The notes under the pieces were generated by a model. The model ran no database searches. It was not told where the DNA came from and worked only from the letters and a program-made list of their open reading frames with translations. The position numbers were made by a program, and so were the translations under genes. A stretch of DNA of 64,000 nucleotides from positions 70,410 through 134,409 of the forward strand of contig JABWCG010000001.1 of NCBI GenBank assembly GCA_013359225.1, written 5' to 3'. The stretch's first letter is position 1. The number at the start of each line of letters is the position of its first letter. Of this stretch, positions 28,540 through 39,037 are shown piece by piece. Origin of the DNA: Candidatus Buchananbacteria bacterium. Its GTDB lineage: Bacteria > Patescibacteriota > Patescibacteriia > Buchananbacterales > UBA6539.

Positions 28540-29672
28540 TTTTCGTAGACCGCTTTTGTTTTAGCGGTCATTTCTGATAAACTGAATTTCTCTGACATGT
28601 CGGCTTTTGCTTGGGCCGATATTTTTTTTGACAAATTTTCATCTTCTAAGATATTGTCAATTGCTTTTGCCAGTGCGTCGGGGTCTCCAGACTTAACCAC
28701 TAACGCATTTTTTTCATCAGTTAGTAATTCGGGAATACCTCCGACATTGGTGCTGGCAATAGGCAACCCGGCTTTCATGGCTTCAATAATTGAGTAGGGC
28801 AGACCCTCTTTGACAGACGAGCAGACATAAACATCAAACGCTGCTAGATATTGGGAAGCCTGTTCTTTTTCTCCGGCCAGCAAAAAGACGTCTTCTAGCT
28901 TCAGGTTTTTAATTTCGGTTGTTAATTGATTTCTTTGTTGGCCGTCGCCAATGACTACAAAAATGGTTTCTGGATGAAGTTTTGTTACAATATTAGCGGC
29001 TTGAATGAGCGTTTTTAGATCTTTGGTTAAATAAAAATTAGCGATTGTCCCGACAACTTTTTTATTGTCCGGCAAGTGTAGTTGTCGGCGCGCTTCTAGA
29101 CGCGGCAATAATTCAATGGTGTCCAAGCCGTTATGAACAGTGACAAGTTTATTAAGCGGGGCAATTTGGTTTTTGATAGCGCTTTTGCGATCGTAATCGG
29201 ATACGCAAATCAGAGTGTCTTTAAATCGAGCAGAAAATTTTTCGGCCACAAGATAAACAAATTTTTTCCACATCGGCATTGGCTCATTAAAGACAAAACC
29301 ATGGACTGTATATACTACTTTTTTAATTTTTGCACGTTTGGCAGCTAAGGCGCCAATAACTCCGGCCTTGCTACTGTTAAGATGAACGATGTCTGGACGT
29401 ATGGTCTTGATGAGTTTCTTAATTTCAAAATATGCGCGAACATCTTGCCAGGGGTTAATTTCTCGCACCAGATTTTTTAGGGTGTAACTTTTTATCTTTT
29501 TTTCGTCTAATTTAGTGAATAGATTTTTTCCGCGTCCGTCGAATTTTCCGGCGGCCACGGTGATTTCGTAGTTTTCCGGCATCAGCTGGCTGGCTAAATC
29601 AAAAATGTAGCGCTGTGCGCCGCCCCATTCCGCTTGTGTTACGATAAATAGAATTCTGTTTTTTTTAGCCAT
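28536..29672 (-). CDS. Glycosyltransferase family 4.
   Basis: GT-B with EX7E region (EGLPYSIIEAMKAGLPIASTNVGGIPELL). Convergent 4-nt stop overlap with the upstream GT39 gene. Confidence 0.8.
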   Translation of the reverse strand: MAKKNRILFIVTQAEWGGAQRYIFDLASQLMPENYEITVAAGKFDGRGKNLFTKLDEKKIKSYTLKNLVREINPWQDVRAYFEIKKLIKTIRPDIVHLNSSKAGVIGALAAKRAKIKKVVYTVHGFVFNEPMPMWKKFVYLVAEKFSARFKDTLICVSDYDRKSAIKNQIAPLNKLVTVHNGLDTIELLPRLEARRQLHLPDNKKVVGTIANFYLTKDLKTLIQAANIVTKLHPETIFVVIGDGQQRNQLTTEIKNLKLEDVFLLAGEKEQASQYLAAFDVYVCSSVKEGLPYSIIEAMKAGLPIASTNVGGIPELLTDEKNALVVKSGDPDALAKAIDNILEDENLSKKISAQAKADMSEKFSLSEMTAKTKAVYEN

Positions 29673-29694
29673 AAATTACTTATATTGAGCTTGA

Positions 29695-29718
29695 CCCCGT
29701 CACTCGCGAGTGACGGGG
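29695..29718. repeat. Perfect 24-nt GC-rich palindrome (ccccgtcactcg|cgagtgacgggg) flanked by direct TTGACC hexamers, in a divergent intergenic region.
   Basis: Read directly from the sequence. Lies 23 nt upstream of the minus-strand GT4 start and 75 nt upstream of the plus-strand epimerase start. Confidence 0.6.
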
Positions 29719-29792
29719 TTGACCAAAAGATGATTTTATATAATAATATTAAGGTAATTTTCCCTATTAATCAAGTCTTATTTTGCTAAATT

Positions 29793-30749
29793 ATGGTAAT
29801 TCTAGTGACCGGTGGAGCCGGTTTTATTGGCTCTCAAGTGACCAAGTCATTGCTGGAGCGAGGGGATCAGGTAATCATTGTAGACAATTTCAATAATTAT
29901 TACGAGCCCTTATTGAAGGAAGATCGTCTTAATCAGCTACTGGCCGGTTTTAAGCCAGTAGTTTACCGTTTAGATATTGCTGATCAGGTAAAATTGTCGG
30001 AAGTTTTTAAAAATCATAAGATTGATAAAATTTGTCACTTGGCGGCTCAGGCAGGTGTCCGTTATTCCCTGGAAAATCCTGGAGTGTATATTAAGAGCAA
30101 TATTATTGGCACCCATAACCTTTTGGAATTAGCGCGTGAATACAAGATTAAAGATTTTGTGTTTGCTTCTTCGTCTTCGGTGTATGGTGATAATGAAAAA
30201 ATACCTTTCGCCGAAACTGATGTTGTTGACCGGCCAATTTCATTATACGCTGCAACCAAAAAAGCCAATGAGCTTGAAGCATACACTTATCATAAATTAT
30301 TTGGGCTTAATGTTTTTGGTTTGCGGTTTTTTACTGTTTACGGGCCGTGGGGCCGACCGGACATGGCCTATTTTTTATTTACTAAGTCGATTTTGAGCAG
30401 CGAAGAGATAAAAGTTTTTAATCAAGGCAAGATGAAGCGTGATTTCACTTATATTGATGATATTGTCGCCGGTGTTGTTAAGGCGTTAGACCGAGTCGCT
30501 GGATATGAAATAATTAATTTAGGCAACAATCAACCGATTACGCTTGAGGAGTTTATTGGCGTGATTGAAAACGAACTTGGTAAGACCGCTAAGAAAAAAT
30601 ATGATGACCGCCAACCAGGTGACGTGATTGAAACGTACGCTGACATTACTAAAGCTAAAAGAGTTTTAGATTGGCAGCCATCAACTAGTATTAAAGCTGG
30701 ATTAAAAAAATTTATTGGGTGGTATAAGTCTTATTATCAAGTAGATTAA
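29793..30749 (+). CDS. NAD-dependent nucleotide-sugar 4-epimerase (UDP-GlcA/UDP-GlcNAcA 4-epimerase-like; TviC/WbpP/Cap1J family).
   Basis: GGAGFIGS Rossmann motif, YxxxK in YAATKKANE, and NYY(E/D)P signature. Confidence 0.8.
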   Translation: MVILVTGGAGFIGSQVTKSLLERGDQVIIVDNFNNYYEPLLKEDRLNQLLAGFKPVVYRLDIADQVKLSEVFKNHKIDKICHLAAQAGVRYSLENPGVYIKSNIIGTHNLLELAREYKIKDFVFASSSSVYGDNEKIPFAETDVVDRPISLYAATKKANELEAYTYHKLFGLNVFGLRFFTVYGPWGRPDMAYFLFTKSILSSEEIKVFNQGKMKRDFTYIDDIVAGVVKALDRVAGYEIINLGNNQPITLEEFIGVIENELGKTAKKKYDDRQPGDVIETYADITKAKRVLDWQPSTSIKAGLKKFIGWYKSYYQVD

Positions 30750-30752
30750 TCT

Positions 30753-32009
30753 ATGATAAAAGAAAAAATTTGCGTTGTTGGTTTGGGCTATGTCGGCTTG
30801 CCGTTGGCCTGTTTATTGTCGAAACATTTTGAGGTAAGCGGTTTTGATATCAATGAGAAAAAAATTAAAGATTTAGAAAACGGGTTTGACGAAACCGGCG
30901 AAGTTGATGATTTAAAAAAGTATCAGATTAATTATTCTTCAGATCCGGCCGTCATCGGCGAAGCCACATTTATTATTGTTGCCGTTCCAACGCCAATCAC
31001 TGAAACTAATGAACCGGATTTGTCACCCGTTGAAAGTGCGTCAAAAATTGTTGGCCAACATCTCAAACCTGGTGCGGTGGTGGTGTATGAAAGCACGGTG
31101 TACCCCGGCTGTACGGAAGAAATTTGCCTTCCAATTTTGGAACAGGAGTCTGGCTTGAAGCTTGGACGTGATTTCGAAATCGGTTATTCGCCTGAACGGA
31201 TTAATCCAGGAGATAAAGTACACACGGTCGACAAGATTGAAAAAATAATTTCTGCGAGCACACCCGAAGCGCTGGAGCGCTTGAAAAAAGTGTACGGCTT
31301 GATTACTAAAGTTTTTGAAGCCTCGTCAATTAAAGTGGCTGAGGCGGCCAAAGTGATTGAGAACGTTCAGCGCAGCCTTAATATTGCTTTAATGAATGAG
31401 CTGGCATTAATTTTTGACAAACTGGGTATTAGCACCAAAGATGTTTTAGCCGCCGCCGGCACCAAGTGGAATTTTCATAAATACCAACCCGGCTTGGTTG
31501 GCGGCCACTGTATTGGCGTAGATCCCTATTATTTAACACATAAAGCCCAGCAGGTCGGGTATGATCCAAAAATTATTTTGTCGGGGCAAGAAGTTAATGA
31601 ATCGATGGCCGGACTGGTAGCAGATAAATTTGCTGGTAAGAAAAATGTTTTGATTATGGGCATCACTTTTAAGGAAAACGTCCCTGATTCCCGTAATACT
31701 AAAGCCTTAAATGTTATCAAGCGATTAACCGCCCAGGGCATTAAAGTTTTCTGGCATGACCCGGTTTTTACCGCCAAACATAAACCGGAAGTTTTTTCGA
31801 CGTTGCCATATTTGAAGTCGTTTGATGAAATAACTGAAAAGTTTGATGGAATTTTAATTTTCAGTCCCCACGCTGTTTTTGCCGAACCTAAGTATGCACT
31901 GACAAATCTAAGAAATATTTGCAAAGATAACTCGGTCATTTTTGATGTCAAAGGTTTTTACGATAAGACCTCGGCACAAAATTTAGGTTTTACTTATTTA
32001 ACGTTATAA
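30753..32009 (+). CDS. Nucleotide-sugar 6-dehydrogenase (UDP-GlcNAc/UDP-Glc dehydrogenase; TviB/WbpO/WecC-like).
   Basis: N-terminal VVGLGYVGLP. Catalytic Cys in GGHCIGVDPYYL. Confidence 0.85.
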   Translation: MIKEKICVVGLGYVGLPLACLLSKHFEVSGFDINEKKIKDLENGFDETGEVDDLKKYQINYSSDPAVIGEATFIIVAVPTPITETNEPDLSPVESASKIVGQHLKPGAVVVYESTVYPGCTEEICLPILEQESGLKLGRDFEIGYSPERINPGDKVHTVDKIEKIISASTPEALERLKKVYGLITKVFEASSIKVAEAAKVIENVQRSLNIALMNELALIFDKLGISTKDVLAAAGTKWNFHKYQPGLVGGHCIGVDPYYLTHKAQQVGYDPKIILSGQEVNESMAGLVADKFAGKKNVLIMGITFKENVPDSRNTKALNVIKRLTAQGIKVFWHDPVFTAKHKPEVFSTLPYLKSFDEITEKFDGILIFSPHAVFAEPKYALTNLRNICKDNSVIFDVKGFYDKTSAQNLGFTYLTL

Positions 32010-32010
32010 C

Positions 32011-33129
32011 ATGAGAGTTTTGATTTTTTCTTTAGCTTACTTGCCGTTTGTCGGCGGTGCGGAGCTGGCGGTAAAAGAAATAACCGATCGACTGCGCGAT
32101 ATTGAATTTGATATGTTGACGGTTGATTTGGACGGTAAACAACAACCAATTCAACAGATCGGCAATGTTAAAGTTCACCGCGTCGGGAAAGGCAAGCTGG
32201 CCAAGTATTTGTTTCCGTTTGCCGGCTTTACCCAAGCGGTGAAAATGCATCAAATCCAGCCGTATGATGCCGTATGGGCGATTATGGCTAACCAATCTGG
32301 TTTGATTGCTTTAAGATTTAAGAAAAAATTTCCGAGCGTCAAGTATCTGCTGACTTTGCAGGAAGGGGATTCGCTTAAACGAATCTGGAGCCGGACTTTT
32401 TTTATGCGACCCTTTTATAAAAAAATTTATCGGACCGCTGATCATATTCAATCAATTAGTACTTTTTTGGAAGAGCGCGCCTTAAAGTATGGATATGCCG
32501 GCGCTAAAAGTGTTGTCCCAAATGGTGTTGATCTGGAGAAGTTTAAGAAAGAATTTTCGGCTGAAGAGCTCGCAGCACTGCGCCAGCAACTTAATTTGTC
32601 TAAAGATGACAAGGTGATTATTACTACCTCTCGATTGGTCCACAAAAATGGCGTTGATACGTTGATTCAAGCGGTTAAAGATCTGCCGGTGAAATTGTTG
32701 ATTCTAGGTAGTGGTGAATTAGAAATTCAGTTAAAAAGTTTGGCGCAAGAAATCGGCGTGCGAGATAAAATTTTATTTTTAGGCCATATTGATCAGCAGG
32801 ATTTACCAAAGTATTTAAAGCTTTCCAATGTATATGTTCGCGCTTCCAGGTCTGAAGGCCTGGGCTCGGCGTTTTTGGAAGCGATGGCGGCGGGATTGCC
32901 GGTGATTGGTACGAATGTCGGCGGGATACCGGATTTTTTGAAAGACGGTGAAAACGGATTTTTTTGCGAAGTGAACAATCCGCGCGATCTGGCAAACAAG
33001 ATTCAGCTATTGTTGGGCGATGAGAATTTGAGTAGTTATGTGGCCGAGAATGGTCGGGCGATGGTATTTGAGAAGTACGACTGGCGGCAAATTGCGGATG
33101 AGATGAAAAACATTTTTAACCACTTATGA
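32011..33129 (+). CDS. Glycosyltransferase family 4.
   Basis: SEGLGSAFLEAMAAGLPVIGTNVGGIPDFL. Confidence 0.8.
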   Translation: MRVLIFSLAYLPFVGGAELAVKEITDRLRDIEFDMLTVDLDGKQQPIQQIGNVKVHRVGKGKLAKYLFPFAGFTQAVKMHQIQPYDAVWAIMANQSGLIALRFKKKFPSVKYLLTLQEGDSLKRIWSRTFFMRPFYKKIYRTADHIQSISTFLEERALKYGYAGAKSVVPNGVDLEKFKKEFSAEELAALRQQLNLSKDDKVIITTSRLVHKNGVDTLIQAVKDLPVKLLILGSGELEIQLKSLAQEIGVRDKILFLGHIDQQDLPKYLKLSNVYVRASRSEGLGSAFLEAMAAGLPVIGTNVGGIPDFLKDGENGFFCEVNNPRDLANKIQLLLGDENLSSYVAENGRAMVFEKYDWRQIADEMKNIFNHL

Positions 33130-34244
33130 AACATATTTTAATCGCCGCTGAAATTTTTCCGCCGGATATCGGCGGTCCGGCGACATATACTGTCAAAATC
33201 GCTGAAGCTTTGCAGCAAAAAGGTTTTGACGTGGATGTTGTTTGCTATAGTGATAATTCGCAAACAGACGATTTTTCTTTTGCCGTTCACCGTATTTTAC
33301 GAAGCCGGTTTAAGCTGCTTCATTATTTTAATTATTATCGAGCATTGAAAAAATTGGCAAAAAATACAGATGTGATTTATGCCATGGGTCCGGTTAGTTC
33401 CGGCCGGCCGGCGTTGAAAGTTGCCAAAGAACTCAAGAAAAAGTTAGTGGTTAAGGTGGTGGGCGATTACGCCTGGGAGCGGGCCCGTAATTTGAATGAA
33501 ACGCAGCTGTCTATTGATGAATTCCAAACTAAATTTTTTAATGGGAAGATCGGGATGTTGCAAAAGACCGAAAGACAGGTTTGCCGGCAAGCTGATGCCG
33601 TTATTACGCCGAGTGAGTATCTTAAAAAGATTGTAGAGGGTTGGGGGGTGGAAGGATCAAAGATTAAGGTGGTTTATAATTCTTTTGATGCTACTATTTT
33701 AAACCAGACAAAAAAGATAGATGGCAAGAAAATAGTTTCCGCTGCGCGATTGGTTCCTTGGAAAGGCTTTGAAGCCTTGATTGATTTAATGGGAGAATTA
33801 CCGAAAGATTTTAAACTAGAAATTTTTGGCGATGGGCCAGATCAAAAAAAATTAAAGCAAAAAATTATAAATTCTAAGTTAGAAGATAGGGTTTTGTTGG
33901 CGGGACAAGTTTCGCGCGACCAATTGTTTCAAGCGCTGGCTGGAAAAATTTTTGTGTTAAACACTGGTTACGAAGGTTTGTCGCATACTATTTTAGAAGC
34001 ATTTGCTGTTGGTATCCCAGTTATTGCAACGGCTGTCGGTGGAAATCCGGAGTTGATCTCGGATAATGTGAATGGCTTATTGGTTGAATATAACAATAAA
34101 GATCAGATTAAAGAAGCGATTTTAAAATTGAGCGGAGATGAAATTTTGCAAAATAAATTTGTTGAAAATGCTAAAAAGGTTTTAGAAAAATTTTCGGCGC
34201 AAAAAATGATTAATGATACTGTCACGGTCTTAAATTCACTATGA
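33126..34244 (+). CDS. Glycosyltransferase family 4.
   Basis: EGLSHTILEAFAVGIPVIATAVGGNPELI. ATGA overlap. Confidence 0.8.
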   Translation: MKHILIAAEIFPPDIGGPATYTVKIAEALQQKGFDVDVVCYSDNSQTDDFSFAVHRILRSRFKLLHYFNYYRALKKLAKNTDVIYAMGPVSSGRPALKVAKELKKKLVVKVVGDYAWERARNLNETQLSIDEFQTKFFNGKIGMLQKTERQVCRQADAVITPSEYLKKIVEGWGVEGSKIKVVYNSFDATILNQTKKIDGKKIVSAARLVPWKGFEALIDLMGELPKDFKLEIFGDGPDQKKLKQKIINSKLEDRVLLAGQVSRDQLFQALAGKIFVLNTGYEGLSHTILEAFAVGIPVIATAVGGNPELISDNVNGLLVEYNNKDQIKEAILKLSGDEILQNKFVENAKKVLEKFSAQKMINDTVTVLNSL

Positions 34245-35329
34245 AAGTTTTAATGATTTCCATTGATCGCGGACTGCTTGGCACCAATCAGCTTGGTGAT
34301 GTGATTGAACGTCATGCCAAGTATGGCCATAGTGTTGAGAAATTAGATATTTTGATTTTTACCCTGAAAGGTAATAAGCCATACCAAATTTCTAAAAATG
34401 TCACAGCCTACCCAACCAATTCAAATGCTAAATTGCTGTATGGGCTTGATGCCAAGAAAGTAGCCCAAAGTCTGTTTGAAAAAAATCACTATGACTTAAT
34501 AGTAACTCAAGATCCGTTTATCACCGGCCTGGTTGGCGTTTTGCTTAAAACAAAATATAAATCTAAATTGCTGGTTCATTTTCATGGTGATTTTTGGGAA
34601 AACCGTCATTGGCTGAAAGAGAGCAAATTAAATCCGTTATTTTTAATGATTTCTAAGTTCGTCGTCAGCCGCGCGGATGGTGTTCGGGTGATGAGCGAGG
34701 GTCAAAAAGAAAAGTTGTTGAAAGCCGGGGTGGATGAGAAAAAAATTAGGGTAATTTCAACACCAGTTGATTTGGCAAAATATCAGACTAATTCTCAAAA
34801 ACAACACGATCATCCAACGGTGCTGCATGTTAGCCGTTATGACGAAGTCAAAGATTTCAAAACTTTGGCCAGCGCTTGGGAGTTGGTCGCAACTCATTTG
34901 CCCGATGTTAGTTTTATTCAGGTGGGTGCTGGAGGTAGGTTGCGAGAAATTTTTACTGATGTTTTGGTGAAATTAATCCCGAGGACCAATCATCATGAAT
35001 TAGTTAATTTTTATTATCGTTCAGACGTTGTAGTGTTATCTTCAACTTCCGAAAGTTTTGGCAAAGTGTTAGTTGAAGCAAATGCGTGTGGCAAGCCGGT
35101 TGTGTCAACTGCCACTACTGGTGCTAAAGAAATCATTCAGGATGGCTACAATGGATTTTTAGTGCCAATCGGCAACGCTAAGGCCTTGGCCGAAAAAATT
35201 GTTGAACTGTTAAAGAATCCCGAATTGGCAAAAACTATGGGTGAAAATGGTAAAAAATTAGTCACTGAAAAATTTGGCGATAACACGGATAAAATTATTA
35301 ATTTTTGGAAAGAGATTATTAGAGTATGA
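34241..35329 (+). CDS. Glycosyltransferase family 4.
   Basis: ESFGKVLVEANACGKPVVSTATTGAKEII. ATGA overlap. Confidence 0.8.
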   Translation: MKVLMISIDRGLLGTNQLGDVIERHAKYGHSVEKLDILIFTLKGNKPYQISKNVTAYPTNSNAKLLYGLDAKKVAQSLFEKNHYDLIVTQDPFITGLVGVLLKTKYKSKLLVHFHGDFWENRHWLKESKLNPLFLMISKFVVSRADGVRVMSEGQKEKLLKAGVDEKKIRVISTPVDLAKYQTNSQKQHDHPTVLHVSRYDEVKDFKTLASAWELVATHLPDVSFIQVGAGGRLREIFTDVLVKLIPRTNHHELVNFYYRSDVVVLSSTSESFGKVLVEANACGKPVVSTATTGAKEIIQDGYNGFLVPIGNAKALAEKIVELLKNPELAKTMGENGKKLVTEKFGDNTDKIINFWKEIIRV

Positions 35330-36363
35330 AGCTACTAATGATTACTAGAAAGGTTGACCGGACTGAACATTTAGCGGGATTTATTTATAATTGGGTTAAA
35401 AAGCTTGGTAGTCAGCTTGAGGAATTGCGTGTGATTAGTTGGCAGGAAGGCGACAGTTCCGGCTTGCCTAATAATATTAGAGTCTTTCATTTACCGACTC
35501 GACAAAATAAAATTATTAAAATAATCCAGTTTAAAAAATTAGTATGGGAAAATTTAAAGGACGTTGACGGCGTCTTTTGCCACCAGATGCCGATTTATAC
35601 CATTATTGCCGGGCCATTGGCCAAGTTACGCGGTAAAAAAGTGGTGAGCTGGTATATGCATCGCCAAATTGACTGGCGGGTTTGGCTGATGGAAAAAATT
35701 AGTGATGTTATTTTGTCGGCTTCAAAACAGAGTTTTCGGCTAGCTTCAAGAAAATTAGTTACCACCGGCCATGGCATTGATGTTGAAATATTTAGTCCGG
35801 CTAAACATCGGCGCGGCAACTTTTTTAATATTATTAGCGTAGGCAGAATTTCACCGACGAAAGATTACGAATCAATGATCAAGGCAATTGACATTTTGGT
35901 TGACCAGGGGATTACGGATTTAAAACTGACTATTATCGGGGACGCCGGACTTGCGGCCCATCAAAGCTATTTTGAAGATTTGAAATTAATGGTTGAGCGG
36001 ATGAATCTCGGCGGCAAAGTGGAATTTTTGGGCCCCCGGCCGAATACCGAGGTGCCGAGATTTTTGCAACAGTCAGATTTGTTTATCAATATGAGTGGTA
36101 CCGGCAGCCTGGATAAGGCGGTGCTTGAAGCAATGGCCTGTGGTTGTTTGGTGTTGACGAGCAATGAAGCGTTTAAGGATATTCTGGACCCCCGGCTAAT
36201 TGCCAAACAAAACGACCCTAAAAATCTGGCAGAAAAAATTAAAACGCTAAAGATGTTGTCGGATTCAGAATTAATAGTTATTTCCAATGGTTTAATTGCG
36301 GAAGTTAGTACTAATCATAATCTAGATAATTTGGTAAAAAAAATTGTTGATCAATTTCGGTAA
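35326..36363 (+). CDS. Glycosyltransferase family 4.
   Basis: GSLDKAVLEAMACGCLVLTSNEAF. ATGA overlap. Confidence 0.7.
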   Translation: MKLLMITRKVDRTEHLAGFIYNWVKKLGSQLEELRVISWQEGDSSGLPNNIRVFHLPTRQNKIIKIIQFKKLVWENLKDVDGVFCHQMPIYTIIAGPLAKLRGKKVVSWYMHRQIDWRVWLMEKISDVILSASKQSFRLASRKLVTTGHGIDVEIFSPAKHRRGNFFNIISVGRISPTKDYESMIKAIDILVDQGITDLKLTIIGDAGLAAHQSYFEDLKLMVERMNLGGKVEFLGPRPNTEVPRFLQQSDLFINMSGTGSLDKAVLEAMACGCLVLTSNEAFKDILDPRLIAKQNDPKNLAEKIKTLKMLSDSELIVISNGLIAEVSTNHNLDNLVKKIVDQFR

Positions 36364-36366
36364 TAT

Positions 36367-37269
36367 ATGAATTGGCAGGCGTTAAAACTTGAATTCTTCC
36401 ATATTCGTAAAGCTTTTTTTAGTTATCATCAGGGCTGGGACTATGTCCGGGCTAAGTGGTTTTTAGCGCCAAAAATTTTGGATCTGCCAAAGATTTTAGA
36501 ACGGCCGATTAACAGCAAGGATTTATCAGTTCATTTATTAACTTGCCATCGTGATTTATTGATGAGTATCTGGTCGCTCGCTAGCTGGTATCAATCAGCG
36601 ACAATTTTTGGTCAATTAATAATTCATAATGATGGCACGTTGACAAAAGACGATAAGCAGCTGCTGCTTAGTTTTTTCCCATCAGCTAAAATTGTTGAGA
36701 CGTCAAATTTTTTAAAAGAGCATGATGATATTGTTACTCGGTATCCGGCGCTTTATGAATTCCGTTCGCAATATAAAAATTTTTCTTTTAAAAAATTAGT
36801 TGATCCGTATTTTACCTCTTCAACACCGATGAACTTGATTATTGATTCGGATTTGTTCTGGTTTAAGGCTCCAAAGGAAATTGAAGATCAGATTCTTGCC
36901 GGCGGGGCTGTGTCGTTGATGCAGGCTAATAATTCACCGACTGATGTTACATTTAAAAATGATTTTGCCGTTGATAGGCGTTTAACGATGGCGAATGCCG
37001 GCATTATTTTTTACGCTAAGTCTAACTTTAACTTTGAAAAATTGAATATGTTTCTTGGTAGTCTGGACACGACTGATCCCAAAAGTCTTCACTTTGCTGA
37101 CCAGCTTGGATATGCCATTTGTCTGGACAATCTGGAATTGCTTTCGCCCGAGGTATATCCGATTAAGGGGAAGGTAACATCCCGGGTGTCAATCAAACAC
37201 TATACCGGTCCGCGCCGAGTGTTGTTTTATCTAGAAGCTATTACTACTATCGCTAAAAATATTTTATGA
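36367..37269 (+). CDS. Hypothetical protein, possibly a GT-A-like nucleotide-sugar transferase.
   Basis: Only a DSD (DxD-like) segment (LIIDSDLFWF). No other motif recognised. Confidence 0.3.
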   Translation: MNWQALKLEFFHIRKAFFSYHQGWDYVRAKWFLAPKILDLPKILERPINSKDLSVHLLTCHRDLLMSIWSLASWYQSATIFGQLIIHNDGTLTKDDKQLLLSFFPSAKIVETSNFLKEHDDIVTRYPALYEFRSQYKNFSFKKLVDPYFTSSTPMNLIIDSDLFWFKAPKEIEDQILAGGAVSLMQANNSPTDVTFKNDFAVDRRLTMANAGIIFYAKSNFNFEKLNMFLGSLDTTDPKSLHFADQLGYAICLDNLELLSPEVYPIKGKVTSRVSIKHYTGPRRVLFYLEAITTIAKNIL

Positions 37270-37895
37270 TTGAAGACAAAAATAAAGATTTTTCTACTCA
37301 AGACTATTTCGCCAAGGTATATGTCAATAAAGACCGTTGGGTTAGTTACTATTGGCAGACTAAATTAGTGAGTGATTTGATTACCTCTGGCAGTGTTTTG
37401 GAAATCGGCGTTGGCAATGCATTGGTGGCTGATTATTTAAAACATCGGTATCAAGTTTCAACCTTAGACATTAATGATAAATTAAATCCGGATTATATTG
37501 GTTCGGTTGAAGACCTTTCTTTTTTAGCAGAAAAGAAATTTGATGTTGTTGTTTGTGCCGAAGTTTTGGAACATTTGCCGTTTGAAAAATTTAAGCAGAG
37601 CCTGCAGCAAATGCATTCAGTATCAAGACGCCATGTCGTTATTTCACTGCCGTACTGGGGGTACACATTCTATGTGAGAATAAAATTGCCAAAATTAGGA
37701 AAACACACGTTTCAATTTAAACTTAATGGTTTTAAACGTCATCGGTTTAATGGACAGCATTATTGGGAAATCGGTAAAAGGGGGTATTCAGTTAAAAAAA
37801 TTAAAGATGAAATAGTTAATTCCGGATTTAAAATTAAAACGTCATTTTGGGATGTTGATGACCCATACCATTATTATTTTGTCTTAGAAAAATGA
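37266..37895 (+). CDS. Class I SAM-dependent methyltransferase.
   Basis: Motif I VLEIGVGNA. Acidic-loop and post-II motifs (FDVVVCAEVLEHLP). Confidence 0.7.
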   Translation: MIEDKNKDFSTQDYFAKVYVNKDRWVSYYWQTKLVSDLITSGSVLEIGVGNALVADYLKHRYQVSTLDINDKLNPDYIGSVEDLSFLAEKKFDVVVCAEVLEHLPFEKFKQSLQQMHSVSRRHVVISLPYWGYTFYVRIKLPKLGKHTFQFKLNGFKRHRFNGQHYWEIGKRGYSVKKIKDEIVNSGFKIKTSFWDVDDPYHYYFVLEK

Positions 37896-39037
37896 AAAAA
37901 ATAATCTATATTGCCAATGTTCGAATTCCGACCGAGAAAGCGCATGGTTTGCAGATTATGAAAATGTGCGAGGCGTTTGCGGCATCGGGTAGGGAAGTGG
38001 AGCTGATAACCCCGGCCAGGTTAAACGCCGGATTTAAAAACGTTGATCCGTTTTCATTTTTTAAGGTTCGTAACATTTTTCGCATTCATCGTATTATAAC
38101 AATTGATCCGCGATTTTTATTGAAATTCCCCGCTGGGTTTTATATTAAATTTCAATCGTTGTTTTTTATTTTTGGGTTAGTAGCTTATCTGTTAATGAAA
38201 TTAGACCGCCATAGTAGTATTATTTACACTCGCGATCATTATTTATTGCCGGTCTTGAAATATTTTTCTGATCAGTTAGTTTTTGAAATTCACGATATGC
38301 CAAGCAAGCCAAAAAAATATATTTCAGTTTTTGAACAATGTTTTAAAATAGTCGCCATTACTCAGGGATTAAAAGAGGAGTTGGTTAATCTTGGTATCTC
38401 GGAACAAAAAATAATTGTCGCGCCTGACGCTGTGGACCTTAAGGATTTTGAAATAGCTGACGATAAAAATGAGGTTCGTCAAAAATTAGGCTTGCCGCTG
38501 AATCAAAAGTTGGCTGTTTATACCGGTCATTTGTATGATTGGAAGGGCGCTGACACCTTGGCTCATGCGGTAAAATATTTTAATGAAGATGCGTCGGCAG
38601 TTTTTGTAGGAGGTACAGACAGTGATATTAAACATTTCAAGAATCAATTCAGCAACAATGATAAAATCATTATTGTTGGCAGAGTTGACCATAAATTAAT
38701 ACCGTCTTATTTAAAAGCGGCTGATGTTTTGGTGTTGCCGAATTCTGCCAAAAGTAAAATATCAAAGTTATATACATCGCCGATGAAACTTTTTGAATAT
38801 ATGGCTTCTGGCGCGCCGATCGTTGCTTCAAGCCTGCCTTCAATCAGGGAGGTGGTTGGTGAACAAGAAGTACAATTTTTTGAGCCAGATAGCGCTGTTA
38901 GTTTGGCTGAAGCGATAAAAAAGGTTTTGGCCGACATATCGCTGGGCGAACGACTGGCCCAACAAGCTCGGCGGGTTGTATCGCAGTTTACCTGGGATCA
39001 ACGAGCGAAAAAAATAATTTCTACTTTCAATGAATAA
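37892..39037 (+). CDS. Glycosyltransferase family 4.
   Basis: GT-B. C-terminal …SPMKLFEYMASGAPIVAS…. Confidence 0.75.
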   Translation: MKKIIYIANVRIPTEKAHGLQIMKMCEAFAASGREVELITPARLNAGFKNVDPFSFFKVRNIFRIHRIITIDPRFLLKFPAGFYIKFQSLFFIFGLVAYLLMKLDRHSSIIYTRDHYLLPVLKYFSDQLVFEIHDMPSKPKKYISVFEQCFKIVAITQGLKEELVNLGISEQKIIVAPDAVDLKDFEIADDKNEVRQKLGLPLNQKLAVYTGHLYDWKGADTLAHAVKYFNEDASAVFVGGTDSDIKHFKNQFSNNDKIIIVGRVDHKLIPSYLKAADVLVLPNSAKSKISKLYTSPMKLFEYMASGAPIVASSLPSIREVVGEQEVQFFEPDSAVSLAEAIKKVLADISLGERLAQQARRVVSQFTWDQRAKKIISTFNE

